From positions 98,518,001-98,582,000 of the forward strand of contig OX597820.1 in the NCBI GenBank assembly GCA_951406725.2: DNA of 64,000 bases. Direction: 5' to 3'. Made by a program: the position numbers and the translations under genes. Of the stretch, positions 1 to 14,252 are shown piece by piece; the stretch's first letter is position 1; every line of letters starts with the position of its first letter. Source of the stretch: Octopus vulgaris. Its lineage: Eukaryota. The notes beneath the pieces were generated by a model. That model was not told where the DNA came from, searched no databases, and worked only from the letters and a program-made list of their open reading frames with translations.

Positions 1-73
1 GCAATGCCTTTTATCTGTCGCTATCCCATTTACAAATCTAATATATCTATAGTGTATATACTATACAAATATA

Positions 74-472
74 CTCTTTTACTCTTTTACTTGTTTCAGT
101 CATTTGACTGCGGCCATGCTGGAGCACCACCTTTAGTCGAGCAAATCGACGCCGGGACTTATTCTTTGTAAGCCCAGTACTTATTCTATCGGTCTCTTTT
201 GCCGAAGCGCTAAGTTACGGGGACGTAAACACACCAGCATCGGTTGTCAAGCAATGCTAGGGGGACAAACACAAACACATATACACACACACTTATATAT
301 ATATATACATATATACGACAGGCTTCTTTCAGTTTCCGTCAACCAAATCCACTCACAAGGCATTGGTCGGCCCGGGGCTATAGCAGAAGACACTTGCCCA
401 AGATGCCACGCAGTGGGACTGAACCCGGAACCGTGTGGTTGGTTAGCAAGCTACTTACCACACAGCCACTCT
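74..472 (-). mobile_element. tRNA-derived SINE, family 1 (octopus-type), with internal (TA)/(CA) tract
   Basis: Minus strand starts with a tRNA-like head: A box TGGCTGTGTGGTAAG, B box GGTTCAGTCCC. Ends in a (GAGTAAAA)-type tail. Near-identical copies at 1955-2364 and 20772-21251. Confidence 0.85.
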
Positions 473-877
473 ATTTTTAACATGTACTATAGAGATATAC
501 TATATTTATAATGAGACATAGTTTATCCATAATATATATATTACGCATATATAACAGATCTATGATGACGTTGTCCAATGTTCCCATATTTTAATAGTTA
601 GATGGTGTGATTTAGGGAAAATGTGGCCGTTGTTTCTTACAAACCGAGTGTAAGTGACAATGGTTGTTATTGCATAGAATTATATAAGTACTAGGGAAGT
701 ACGATTTGGCTAGTTTCTGTAGAAGATTGACTTAGTAAACAAATTTTCACATCTACGATGCAATAGGTTGAAAGTATTAGCCCTAATTCGAAGGTATAAG
801 CATTTGAGTGCATATTAACAGTGTGTATTTATGCGTGGGTATGTGAGTATGGATGCAGATTTTTATGTATGTATGTA

Positions 878-2173
878 CAGGGGCCGAACAAAATAATGGA
901 AACACCTTAACATTTCAAACAAATTTATTTTAAATATAATGTGGGATCGCTTTTGGCAGTAATTACAGCTTGAATTCTACGAGGTATAGATTTGTACAAA
1001 GTTTGAATTGTTTCCAAAGGAATTTTTGTCCATTCTTCAGCTAAAACAGTCTCCAGTTCTTGTAGTGATGATGGTGGAGGATATCGACTCCTTAATTATT
1101 TTTCTAAAATGCACCATAAATGATCAATACTATCGATATTTGGGGACTGTGGTGGCCAGATAAGATGTTCAACTTCGCTAGAATGTTCCTTGTGCCATTC
1201 ACTAACAACTTTAGCTGTGTTAATTAGTGCATTATCATCCTGAAAGATTGCGTTTCTCTCCGGAAACAGTTCCGCATGAAACTGATCAGTTAAAATGCTT
1301 AAATAGTCTTGACTATAATTCTGCCATGAAGGGAAACCATTGGGTTGGCGGCTTTGCAAGATACAGCCCTCCAGACCATCACAGAACCTCCTCCTTATTT
1401 AACAGTTGGAATAAAGCAGTCTGGGTCAAATGCTTCTTTTGGCTGTCTGCACACGTATACTCAGCCGGTGGTCGGAAATAAAATAAAGGATAACTCGTCA
1501 TGAAAATAACATTCTTCCACTGCTCTAGGGACCAATTATGTAGGTTTTTACTCCACTCTAAACGCTTTACAACATTTGTTTTTTGAAAGTAGTGGTTTTC
1601 TGATTGCAGACCTACCGTGAAATCTGGCTTTTTGCAGATCCCAGCAAACATTTTTCGTGGAAATTGGGTTCCTGAGGTGGTCATTAAGCTCTGCAGTAAT
1701 TTTGAGAGCTGTACTTTGTGATCCTTTCTAACAATTCGCGTAAGAGTCCGACGGTCCCTATCTGAAAGTTTTGGTTTTCTTCCGGAGTTTAGTTTCGACG
1801 AGAAAGTTTTTCACTCTTTCTCAAAGGTTGTCGTTACTTTCGAGACAGTACTTCTTGATACATCAAATATTTCGGCTATTTTCGTTACGCTAACGCCTGC
1901 TATACGAGCATCAACAATTTGACCTTTTTGAAAGTCCGATTTATCTGTCATGTTCTCTTTACCCTTTTACTTGTTTCAGTCAGTTGACTGCGGCCATGCT
2001 GGGGCACCGCCTTTAGTCAAGCAACTCGACCCCGGGACTTATTCTTTGTAAGCCCAGTACTTATTCTATCGGTCTCTTTTGCCGAACCGCTTAGTGACGG
2101 GGACATAAACACACCAGCATCGGTTGTCAAGCAATGCTAGGGGGACAAACACAGACACACAAACATACAGGCA

Positions 2174-2216
<43 letters not shown>

Positions 2217-2546
2217 GACGGGCTTCTTTCAGTTTCTGTCTACCAAATCCACTCACAAGGCGTTTTTCGGCCCGAGGCTATAGTAGAAGACACTTGCCCA
2301 AGGTGCCACGCATTGGGACTGAACCCGAAACTATGTGGTTGGTAAGCAAGCCACTCCTGCGCCTATGTTAATGAATTTTAATTATCTTTTCTGATGATAG
2401 CTGGAAAGAAACAGCAATTTTAGCAAAACATATTAAGCAACACTAATAATAAATCAAAAAACATAAAAATAACCAAGCTTTTGACGGTTTTATAGATATT
2501 TCAAAATTATGATGCTATGATGTTTCCATTATTTTGTCCAACCCTG
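878..2546 (-). mobile_element. Tc1-family DNA transposon, decayed, with a nested SINE
   Basis: ~26-bp TIRs CAGGGGCCGAACAAAATAATGGAAACA (878) and TGTTTCCATTATTTTGTCCAACCCTG (ends 2546), each flanked by TA. Frameshifted transposase on - strand from ATG at 1951 (MTDKSDFQKGQIV...), with IFQDDNA and WPPQSPNIDSIDHLW motifs. Confidence 0.9.
1955..2364 (-). mobile_element. tRNA-derived SINE, family 1, nested in the Tc1 element
   Basis: Homologous to 74-472. Flanked by an ATGTT direct repeat (1950-1954, 2365-2369). Confidence 0.85.
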
Positions 2547-2580
<34 letters not shown>

Positions 2581-2796
2581 TGTATGTATGTATGTATGTA
2601 TGTATGTATGTATGTATGTATGTATGTGTGTGTGTGTATGTATGTATTTATGTATGTATGCGCCCGCATTTCTTAATGTACAAGCACACATGAATATAAC
2701 AATACACTGTCCATATATATATATATATATATAAATACATGTATGCATGTGTGTGTATATGTATTTATATGTGTGTATGTATGTATATATACATGA

Positions 2797-2853
<57 letters not shown>

Positions 2854-2868
2854 AATATATATACATAT

Positions 2869-2923
<55 letters not shown>

Positions 2924-3993
2924 TCAGGTATTGTTACATCTGATGACGTAAGGTAATAGGTCATACGATTTGTGCTCGGGTTGGGGTCTTGTCCTAAACT
3001 CCAACTTGAACTGCAAATCAAAAAGCTGGGATATTATAACAGTCCCACAAAACATACATACACACAAACACACGTACGTATGTATGTATGCAGACACCCA
3101 CACCCAGACAGATATTTAATGCACTTATATATACATGCCATATGCATATATACATCTCTGTGTGTAAATGTGTATGTATATGTATGTGTATCAAAACTGT
3201 GTCAGTGTCAAAGTCACTCGGTTCCCATGGTTATTAACGGGTAAAATCAGTGCATATCAACATATTGATACGCATGTGTATGCATACGAGGGTAATTGAG
3301 CGCAGTCATGTATTTGTGTATGCGTAAATGTGCAAAAATGAGTGCGTATTTTGTGTGTGTATGTGTGTTTGTGTGTGAAAAAATTAATGGAGATTATGTG
3401 TATTTCCAATTAAATACTTAAAAGTGTTAATTAATGCAACCTAATAGCTTTAATCTGAGCGATGGTATATGCTATCGCTTTTCGCGGTTCTCTGTACGTT
3501 ATATTTATGTTTATTTCTAAATCAATGTTAAATTTCTTAACATTTTCCTTTCGTTTTTTTGATGGCTGGGTAAGCGAGTTTAATGAGTTCGTGTTTTGAT
3601 TTTCACTCATAGGGAAATATCGTGTACTTCATAAAATACAGAGTAACATGATGTCAGAATAATAACCATTATTATCGTACTTGCTGAGGAGATTATGTCA
3701 ACAATCATGTATGCAATATTGATGACCATGTAAAAAATATCCCTTACCGATCTGTTTTTAAGACACGTAGTCTAGCGATGTAAGTGTTCAGCTTACGATC
3801 GTAAGATTAAGTGTTCGATTCTTAGACTGGTCGATGCTTTTTATTCTCGATCAAGGCACTTCATATCATGTTCCTCAATCCTACTGAGTTATAAATAAAC
3901 CCTAGTTGATTCTAAATGTGAGAGTTCTCCCATTTCAATAATCCTGATATGTCTGGTTATATATTTCCCAAATAAACAATAATATCCCAATCA

Positions 3994-4024
3994 CTCTCTC
4001 TCTCTCTCTCTCTCACTCTCTCTC

Positions 4025-4062
<38 letters not shown>

Positions 4063-4079
4063 GTCTATCTATCTATCTG

Positions 4080-4150
<71 letters not shown>
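3994..4150. repeat. (CT)n/(TATC)n compound microsatellite, representative of dozens of (TA)n, (CA)n, (TACA)n and (GATA)n tracts
   Basis: Direct reading of the sequence. Confidence 0.95.
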
Positions 4151-4702
4151 CAATGCAATCGACCACTCCCTTTACTGTCCCCACACTTCTTACTCGCCTA
4201 AGTAATTTATTGTAATTCATTGCTTACTAACCTACAATTAGCTTCAGCCATACTACATTCAAAATTTATCCTATCCCTCCACACTCTTACGAATATAGTT
4301 AAGACTTTCCAATATTCTAATGATCTTATTAAAATTCGAAAGGGAAAAAAATGCTATTTGTCATAAGAAGCCATCCATTAGATATATATTTCCTCTCTAT
4401 TATATATATTATGTTTCTTTTATGGAATATAAGCAGTACGCAACAGCTCTAACTCTGGGATTGATCTACCTGAAGTGCTCTTGTGTATTGTAACTTCAAT
4501 ATACTTGTGGGTCGATTGCAGATTGCTTGAAATTTGCTAGCATTGAACAGCATGATATTTTCTTTGCCCACTTGTATATTTCGTTCAAATCTTTTCGTAG
4601 TTTTCATGTATCGACAAAGTCCTTAACTGCTTGTGATAAATATAAATGTGTGTGGGGGGTGGGGTGGCTATGTGTGTGTATATGTGTATGTGTGTGTATC
4701 TA

Positions 4703-5945
4703 CAGAGTGCGTAAGATATTTGAGGATAGATTTATGCTTATAAAAAAAAAACAGACATATAATAACAGATAACTTTATTTATCAAAAAATGTTCTGAGGA
4801 TAAAAATAAACCTTTTCTATAATGTTATTCAATAAGGTCACCTTCAGCTTCAACAACTGCTTCTATATGAGATCTAAATAATCTCCATGCTCGAATCATG
4901 TGGTCCTGGTTCATTTTGGACATTACTCTGACTAAGACAGCTTTCAAAGAATATTTGGTGTTATGGGCGTGTTCATTGACCTCTCTCTCAACAACATTCC
5001 ACATGTAATAGTCCAATGGATTGAGATCTGGGAGATTAGGAGCCCAAATGTTAGGGGCTATGTGATCAGGAAAATGTTCAGATATCCATTCCTGTGTTAC
5101 TAGAGCTATGTGTGATAGTGCAGAGTCTTACTGAAAGACATATGGCCTTCCATTGCATACATTGTCTATCCAGTGCTTAACAATTATTTCTATGACCTCA
5201 ATGTAGGCGGTATAGTTAAATCTAAGTCCTTGTGGAAAGAAGTAAGGAGGTATGACCTTCATTGCTGACAATCCCAAAAACCTTGACAGTTGCAGGAAAT
5301 TTTGTATGCATAACACTTGGAACTTCAGAAGAATCATCCATCATTTTTTCTGTTAACTTTTTGATCCTGGTCGAAGTTTTTCTCGTTTGAGAAAAGCCAA
5401 ATCAAATCTTCTGCTGGATTTTCCAGTTTGTTTAAGAGCGTTTTAGATATGATGTCGTGATTTTCTTTTGCTGTTACTGACGAATTGACCTTTCCTCATC
5501 ATATAAGACTTATATCTGATGTCTTCGTGGACAACATTTCTGACTGTTACTCCTGTCACATGAACATCTTTTACAGTTGACCTCATAGACTTTCTGGAAT
5601 TGAAATCAATGATCTGTTGAACTTGCTGGAAAAATTCAGGTGATCTGATGATTTCAGAGCGTTTAGAATGCTTTTTATGCTTTGATACTGGTGATACGTT
5701 TCCATCTTCAGTCTCTAGCTCCTTACAAACTTTGTGGACGAAAGATCTGGCAACGTTTAAAAGTCAAGATATTTCTAATGCGCTATGCTCGGCCTTTATA
5801 ACCACAATAACAGCATGATGCTTCATGTCTTGAGTAAGTTGAGAGTCTACCATTATTATTTTCTGAAGCAAAGATTATACAGAGTTAGCAAAAAATACAG
5901 CAATGACCCCAAAAAGGTATATCCTCAAATACCTCACGCATCCTA
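4703..5945 (-). mobile_element. Tc1/mariner-superfamily transposon, maT/DD37D-like, decayed
   Basis: Degenerate TIRs CAGAGTGCGTAAGATATTTGAGGATA and TATCCTCAAATACCTCACGCATCCTA, with TA flanks. Minus-strand remnants GRPYVFQ*DSA, PNLPDLNPLDYYMW and IEAVVEAEGDLIE; the final catalytic residue is D in the PLDY motif. Confidence 0.8.
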
Positions 5946-5966
5946 TATACACCTATATATACATAC

Positions 5967-6003
<37 letters not shown>

Positions 6004-6110
6004 TATACATACATATATATATATATATATACATACATACATACATACATACATACATACATACATACATACATACACGCATATATCCATACATATAGAT
6101 ACACACACAC

Positions 6111-6162
<52 letters not shown>

Positions 6163-6165
<3 letters not shown>

Positions 6166-6387
6166 GTCTTCGAAACATATGTCGAGAATAAAGGAATTTT
6201 GTTAAATTGTCGTTCAACTCCATTCTTTCATTTATTTGTATTAAAAAAAACACACACATTTCCACACGAAAGCACGTGATCTCTGCCCTTGGCATGTAGC
6301 TTCAACCGTGTTTTTTTGGCGTGAATTTGCTACCCGGGTATCGGTTAACCGAATTATCCATACTAGGATAATTCATTCAACTACTTA
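6163..6387 (+). mobile_element. Probable PLE 3'-end fragment between (TA)n tracts, beginning inside a hammerhead 3' half
   Basis: Begins ...CTTC-GAAA-CATATG-TC: GAAA, palindromic helix III and a GUC cleavage triplet. The 5' core is missing. Bounded by (TA)n on both sides. Confidence 0.4.
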
Positions 6388-7053
6388 TATATATATATAT
6401 ATATATATATAACACATCTGAAGAAGTTGTAGAGAGCCACAATCTATTTGTGTACATGTATATGTGTACCGGTAACGTTCATTGATTTCTCTTACTATTA
6501 AGCTCAATTCTAAATTGTGTTCACAAACGATTGGATCTTGCAAACTTGTACCACAGCCTAAAATGTCTGTGCATTGCGTGAATCTATTTATATGTAAGTT
6601 TGAATGTCTGGTCCTACTAGCTATAAATGTTTATATGTGTAATGGTGTAGGTATATGAATACTATTGGTGGCAAACTTCTGGTCCTAACTGATTACAGTA
6701 TTGTACTGAGATACACCTCTGAAAAATTATATATTTTTATATATGTATAAGTATGTATGCGTGTGCGTATTTGTGTATGTGTGTGCGTGTGCGTGTGTCG
6801 GTGCGCGTGCTTCTATAAACGAATATACATAATCTCTCTCGTTTATGCATTTTATATGTATCTGCATGTGTCCGTATATACGTGCGCGTGTAGTGAACGT
6901 GTATGCACTAGTACGTTTAAATATTATGTATGTATTTGCGTGTGTATGTATGATTATGTGTGTATGTATCTCAAAGTGTGTGTTTGTGTGCTTGCACTTT
7001 TGTTAGTGTAGATGTGTAGATGCGTATAACTTACTGCTTCTGTGACCGTATTA

Positions 7054-7091
<38 letters not shown>

Positions 7092-7131
7092 TTGTATGTA
7101 TGTATGTATGTATATACATATATATAGATAG

Positions 7132-7264
<133 letters not shown>

Positions 7265-7348
7265 AGTATGTTTGGATGTGCCCACTTGAGTGTTTGAGTG
7301 TGAGCGCATGTGTGTGAGAGAGAGGAAAAGAAATAGAGAGAGAGAGAA

Positions 7349-7383
<35 letters not shown>

Positions 7384-7618
7384 TTTCTGTGACCAGAAAC
7401 ATGACAGGGAGGGAAAAAGTGGAATCTAAATGAGAAACATGTGCGACATAAGTCCCTGAGTGCGTCCACATCAGAGAAGCAGCGATCTAGCGGTGAGCTT
7501 GCTGTCGCCACACCTATCTTGTTACCAAAACATAAACACTCTTCTCACAAGCATCACATGCTGAGCCCTCTCTCTCTCTCTCTCTCTCTTTCTCCCTCTT
7601 CCTCTATCTCTCTCAGCT

Positions 7619-7651
<33 letters not shown>

Positions 7652-7830
7652 ATTTCTTTCTACATTCTACTCCCTACATCTCTACGTCTCTCTTTTTCTC
7701 TGTGTCTCCTCCGTGTCTTGATCAATCTACTTGTCTCTCCTTCATAAATTTGTGAGTTTTAAGGGCAATGACACAACCGAAACGCCAAAACACAAAACTG
7801 CACATGCAGTAGCTGTATGTAGTTGTATTA

Positions 7831-7970
7831 ACATCATCAACATCATCGTCATCATCATCCTCATCATCATCCTCATTTTCATCATAATCCTCATCACCAT
7901 CGTAGGCATCATCACTATCATCATTAGCAACAGCAGCCGCAGCAACAGAAATAGTAGTAGTAGTAGTAGC

Positions 7971-8021
<51 letters not shown>

Positions 8022-8240
8022 CGTGGTCGTTGTGTTGGCGCTGGTGATAGTGATAATGGTGGTTGTATAGAGGTGGTGGTGGTGGTGGTGGTGGTGGTGG
8101 GTGGTGGTTGTAGTAGCAGCACCACCACCACTACCAATAACAACAGCAACAACAAAAGCAGCAGCAGCAATAGTAGTAGTAGTGGTGGTGGTGGTGGTAG
8201 GTGGTGGTGGTGGTGGTAGTAGTGGTAGTAGTAGTAGTAT
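7831..8240. repeat. Compound trinucleotide microsatellite (CAT)n-(AGT)n-(GGT)n-(CAG/CAA)n
   Basis: Direct reading; explains the poly-I/S/V/L ORFs in the track. Confidence 0.95.
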
Positions 8241-8492
8241 AAGCGATCAACGGTACAGCCTGATTGTGAAATTAACATGCAAATGGCTGAGCACTCTACA
8301 AACAGGTGTACCTTTAACGTTGTTTTCGTGGAAATCCAGAATGAGACAGGACTGGCCCTTTGAGATAGAAGTGGTGGACTGCAGAATGGAAAAAAAAAAG
8401 TGTCTTGTTCAAGGACACAACGCGCCTCCGGAAATCGAACTAACAACCTTACGACCACGAGCCGAATAACCTAATCACTAAGCTACGCGCTT
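8226..8492 (-). mobile_element. tRNA-derived SINE, family 2 (head B), diverged
   Basis: Minus-strand head GCGCGTAGCTTAGTGATTAGG...GTTAGTTCGATTTCC; body homologous to 9294-9612. Confidence 0.7.
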
Positions 8493-8797
8493 TAACAACT
8501 ACAAACATTACCACTTCTGTGGGTATTGACGTTGTTCTTATGGTGTTTATATTGTTGATGTTGACAACTGTGATCGAGCAGGCTTATGAATAAACGGTGT
8601 AAAATGCAATCTTTTCGTCAGGAAAGGAAGAAAGAGCCTCTCTCAACAACAAGGCATTATAACAATTACGATGGCTACCTAAATGATAAACAGAACGTTA
8701 TTAAGTATTAAAAAAAACCGTTGGTGCTATTAAGTTAGACATGGCCTGGACCAATCTTTGGTCGAAACATATCTAAGTTATCTAAGATATATATATA

Positions 8798-8995
8798 TTT
8801 GTTCGTTTGTCTATATATGTGTGTGTGTGTGTGCACATGCATTTTACGGCAGAAATTCCTGCGATATCCGCCATTCTTGACAAAACCTTTCTTCAGAAGT
8901 TCACCTTACTCTAATTAAATATTCCAAATAACTTGAGGTATTCGATCTGCCTTAGCTTTTGTTTTCCTTTTCCCTCTAATATATACCTACTAAAT
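8798..8995. repeat. ~200-bp local duplication, copy 1 (copy 2 at 10289-10498)
   Basis: Both copies share TTTGTTCGTTTGTCT...ACATGCATTTTAC(G/A)GCAGAAATTCCTGCGATATCCGCC...ATATATACCTACTAAA. Confidence 0.85.
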
Positions 8996-9293
8996 CCACT
9001 CACTTTGGTGTGCCCGAGGCTATGGTAGAAGACCCTTGCCCATGTTGCCACACAGAGGCATGTATACGTATGTATGTATGTATGTATGTATGTATGTATG
9101 TATGTATGTATGTATGTATGCATGTATGTATGTATGTATGCATGCATGTATGCATGTATGTATGTATGTACGCATGTATGTATGTGTCTGTATACATGCA
9201 TGTTATAATGTACGTAAGTATATATGCATGCATGCATATATGTATGTGCGTGCATGCATGTATGTATCTACATATATATGTACATACATACGT

Positions 9294-9612
9294 GAAGGCG
9301 CGTGACTTAGTGGTTAGGGCATTCGACTCACGATTGTAAGGTCGTGAGTTCAATTCCTGGCGACGCGTCACGTCCTTGAGCAAGCAAAAATTAGTTGTAC
9401 CTGTAGTTAACTCAGCAGTCAAAAATGAGTTGCACATGTATTTCAAAGGACCGGCCTTGTTACACTCTGTGCCACGCTGACTCTCCCTGAGAACTACGTT
9501 AGGGGTACACGTGTATGTAGATTACTCAGTCACTTGCACGTTAATTCCACGAGCAAGCTGTTCCGTTGATCGTATCAGCTGGGACCTTCGTCGTCGTAAC
9601 CGACGGAATGCT
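9294..9612 (+). mobile_element. tRNA-derived SINE, family 2 (head B + tail 1)
   Basis: A box CGTGACTTAGTGG, B box AGTTCAATTCC, 3' end CGTCGTCGTAACCGACGG. Homologous to 58474-58775. Confidence 0.8.
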
Positions 9613-10298
9613 CTCGACTATGTATGCATAATGTTAAGCCATATGTGTGCGTGTGTGTGTGTCTGTGTGTGTGTATGTATATGTGTGTTTGTGTGTGTGT
9701 TTTTATGTAACTGCTATAAGATTATCTGTGCATATATTTCTAAATGCTTGTACATTAATGTTTATGAATGCACGTATCATTATGCTCAACAAAAAGGTTT
9801 GCTTGAGTACCTTTTCAAATATCACAAACTTTCAGCCAACACAAAATGTACCTTCCTCGCCTTCCACTTCCCCATTCTCTCTGCATGTGCGTGTGTGTGT
9901 GTATATGTGTGTGTGTGTTTGTGTGTGTGAAATGGCCTAGTTTCCGGATAATGACCGCTTCACAATTTTCAAAACCTATATTTCTGCGCACATTTAATAT
10001 CTATATTTCAAGACTTCATTGAGATTAAAGTGTCTGGATAAACATTACAATGTCAACCGCAAAGCTGGCTCAGTACGTTCATGCCACGAGGCGTCGACAC
10101 ATACTGCATCTGCGTTTTGAAACATTCTATTCGTGCATTCCTAACTTTGACTGCTTTTAAGCCATAAAGCCTAAAGTCAATGCTCCATTTAAATGCATAG
10201 AAACAAAGCATATGTGGGCGGAGGGTATTGCAAACATACACACGTATAGATGCTTACATTCATAGACAAGCAGGCACGTAAACATGTGTTTGTTCGTT

Positions 10299-10341
<43 letters not shown>

Positions 10342-10594
10342 ATGCATTTTACAGCAGAAATTCCTGCGATATCCGCCATTCTTGACAAACCTTTCATCAG
10401 AAGTTCACCTTACTCTAATTAAATATTCCAAAAGACTTGAGGTATTCGACCTGCCTTGGTTTTTGTTGTCCTTTTCCCTCTAATATATACCTACTAAAGT
10501 CGAAGCCTACAACGGAACTCTAGCTCCAGGCTCAGCTGTGCACTTGGAACGTAACAGATGATCAATTATATATAATTGGTCACATATAACACTT

Positions 10595-10868
10595 GTGGAG
10601 GCGCAATGGCACAATGGTTAGGGCAGCGGACTCGCGGTCGGAGGATCGCGGTTTCGATTCTCAGACCGGGCGTTGTGTGTGTTTATTGAGCGAAAATACC
10701 TAAAGCTCCACGAATCTCCGGCAGGGGGTGATGTACTCCTTCGCCACAACTTTATCTCACTCTCTCTTTCTGCCGTCCCGTCCAGCAGGGGGAGAACGCA
10801 TACGCCACAGAAACCGGGAACCCGGGCCCGTGAGCCTGTCTAGGCTTGAAAAGTGCGCATAAATAAAT
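10595..10868 (+). mobile_element. tRNA(Arg)-like SINE (head A + tail 2) with 11-bp TSD
   Basis: Head GGAGGCGCAATGGC...GGTTAGGGCAGCGGACTCGC...GGTTTCGATTC. TSD ATATAACACTT at 10584-10594 and 10869-10879. Confidence 0.85.
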
Positions 10869-11324
10869 ATATAACACTTACACAGCGTTTCTATTCGTTT
10901 AGATCACCAGTGAACTAACCCCTTCATATTCTTTACACACACACATATTTGTACACACGTTTATTGCTGCATATTATACATATATATTTATGCGTATGTG
11001 TGTGTGTGTGTGTGTGTGTGTAATGTAAAGAAAGGAAAACACAGAAAGACTCATGTATGATAAGGGGTTGGAATATGTATTGAATATCTTAAACTCTCGA
11101 AGGTTTCACTTTCTTCAGTATAAAAGAACGAAATATAGAGTGAGAGAGAATATGTGAAACGGTGATCATCATGAGAAACGGCATTAAAATGTAACGTTAC
11201 CAGATTAAGGCATGTGCCCTGTGCATGAAAACCATGCTAACGTGGAAAATAGTTGCTAAGAGTGCGCAATTCGATACATAACAAAGTGTTCAAAGTTTGA
11301 CATGCTAAAATATCGTGGATGAGC

Positions 11325-11404
<80 letters not shown>

Positions 11405-12031
11405 CTGTGCATGTGTGAGTGTACGTGGGTGTGCGAGTATACACTCTTAGTGACATGTAACCTGACCTTTCAGTTGATTGGCTTGTGACTGACTAAACCG
11501 AAAACCCGACCTAACTTACTTTGAGAGGAGAGTATTTTCGTGGGGAAATTCTGCAGGATGAAAAAAAATGCCAAAGGGCGGTTGACTTCAATGTAGTCCA
11601 AAACTATCCAAAAGTTGGGAGTGAAGTAACCCTAATCTTTGATTAGCCTCCCCTCTCTGGATTAGACATAGCTATGTTGCATATGTTGTTCAGAGACTGG
11701 AATACGTTATTCTAAACATTAAAAATGCATGACAGAGGCATCGCTTTGATTCATATCGACGTTAGGTGTCACACCCAGTGGCAACACATAACCAATAGTG
11801 TCAATCCACTCGATGAAAGATTCCATAATGAAATGAAGGAATGTATCAACGTCGGTGGAGAGATTTCTAAACACCACTTGCAAGAGGCGCCCATCATTGC
11901 CTAATTGCGCCACAGAATGAGTCCCTAGTAGGAATGAAAAACACCATGAGTGCTACTCATATTTAAAAGAAAACGCATCACAGGACAGCTTGGTACAAAA
12001 CTGAGTTGCAGTCATCATGCATCTATCTATC

Positions 12032-12091
<60 letters not shown>

Positions 12092-12092
12092 C

Positions 12093-12151
<59 letters not shown>

Positions 12152-12401
12152 AAAATAGATAGATAGACAGACAGATATAGATAGATACATAAGTATGTAT
12201 ATATATGTATATACATATACCTGTATACATATATATATATACATACATACACATATATATGTATATTTATATACTTAAATATTTACATAAATACACACAC
12301 ACACACTATATATATATATACACATATATATACATATACATATGTATGTATATATATATATACACACATATACATGTATACATTTATACATACAAACATA
12401 C

Positions 12402-12439
<38 letters not shown>

Positions 12440-12526
12440 TATACATATATATATGCAATCCTACAATGAATTTTTGTCTGCTTTAGTATATTTATACATA
12501 CATACATACATACATACATACATACA

Positions 12527-12559
<33 letters not shown>

Positions 12560-12894
12560 GTATATAGAATCTGCCAATACATATATGCATACGTACACAC
12601 ACGCGCAAAAGCACGCACACATATATATATAGGTACATTATGGATTATGTATATGATATATATACAGTTACAGTAAGTAGCAATAGCAATAGCATAACTT
12701 TGTTGTAATTTAAAAATATTAACATGCTAAATGAGAATAAACGTAAAATTAGTCGTGTGTGGAATAGTTGGGGATATTTGAAACTCAGATTTTATACGCA
12801 CACAGCCAGCTACCGACGCACACACACATATGTACATAGGTATATATATACGTGGGTATATATATTTATATGTATGAATGCATGTGTATATGTA

Positions 12895-12925
<31 letters not shown>

Positions 12926-13517
12926 ATATATATATATCTTCATATATATGCCCACACACGCATACATATACATACATACAAACATATCTACATACATACA
13001 TGTATACATACACATACGTACGTACAAACATGCATACACACTTGCACGCACATACATATATACATACATACATACCTATATTCATGCAGTAGTTTCTGGT
13101 ATGCTAACAGACTCACTGACTTCCTCCAATATATCAACTATTAAACTGAATTACTAGATCAGTTTCATTATTAGAAATGTAGTAAACCGTGTTCTGCTGG
13201 GAAACATTACATTATTAATCATTATAGTAAACTGATATTGCAGATATTGGTTTCTTTATTTCAATATTATAGTGGTAGTATTTTTAAAGCGTTAGCATAT
13301 AATCCAAAATCGCAGTAGTTGTGGTTCGTGCAACTTAGTGTTTGTGTGGTTTCTACTTTCTCCACATACTTCCTATATTCCTTATAAATCTATATTATAA
13401 ATCAGCAAACCATGGTAGCTACATTTAGTTCATCTACATGCTAGAAACATCAGTCAAATGTTTCGGCCTGTTTTGTGGCACAAGTAATACACAGGACGAA
13501 TATATATATATATATAT

Positions 13518-13565
<48 letters not shown>

Positions 13566-13741
13566 GTACAGGACGAATATATATGTATATATATAAGTAT
13601 GTGTATGTATATATATATATATATATTATTACTATTATTATTAGGGAATATCAATTCCAGTGCCACATGAATGAGACATTCAAATTAAAAATATTAAATT
13701 GAATTACTCTCAATAATTAATCTATACATATCAAAATATTT

Positions 13742-14252
13742 TTAGAGATAGAAACATCCACAACTTCATCAACTCCAAATGATATTAACTCAAACAAGTC
13801 ATAAAATATTAAGTAATATACTTACTATTTATATTCATAATCCCAACATTTCATATTACGGATTACGCGTGTTTCATGAGGTATGGTATTGTTAAGACAC
13901 AAAGTCTCATTCAAAAACTCACTATGTTTACGCACTCCCAATCGTCAGGTCTACTTTCCCCACATTTATAAACATAACTTCTTATATATCAAACATAGTA
14001 ATATATAAGAAGTAGTTGTATTTATAAATGTGGGGAAAGTAAACCTGACGATTGGGAGTGCGTAACATAATGAATTTTTGCATGAGACTGTGTGTCTTAA
14101 TACCACACGTACCCTCATGAAAAACGCGTAATCCGTAATATGAAATGTTGGGATTATGAATATAAGTAGTACGTATATTATTTAACATTTTATGGCTTGT
14201 TTGAGTTAATATCGTTTGGAGTTGATGAAGTTGTGGATGTTTCTATCTCTAA
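13742..14252. repeat. Long fold-back inverted repeat, ~250-bp arms, short loop
   Basis: 13742-13988 is the approximate reverse complement of 14002-14252 (e.g. TTAGAGATAGAAACATCCACAACTTCATCAACTCC vs GGAGTTGATGAAGTTGTGGATGTTTCTATCTCTAA). Lies between (TA)n tracts. Confidence 0.9.

Noticed and set aside
2391-2415. CTGATGA...GAAA in the Tc1 5' region; similar hits near 2940, 22614 and 48836
   Set aside because: No convincing helix II/III or missing GAAA, and no PLE context; treated as chance matches.
7385-7760. Unique GC-balanced island with a GTGAGT donor-like site, a possible non-coding exon or regulatory element
   Set aside because: Cannot be supported without expression or conservation data.
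7742-8458. 238-aa ORF with poly-L/T/M runs
   Set aside because: Trinucleotide microsatellite plus SINE sequence.
10595-10670. tRNA-Arg gene
   Set aside because: It is a SINE head: it continues into a SINE body and tail and is bounded by a TSD.
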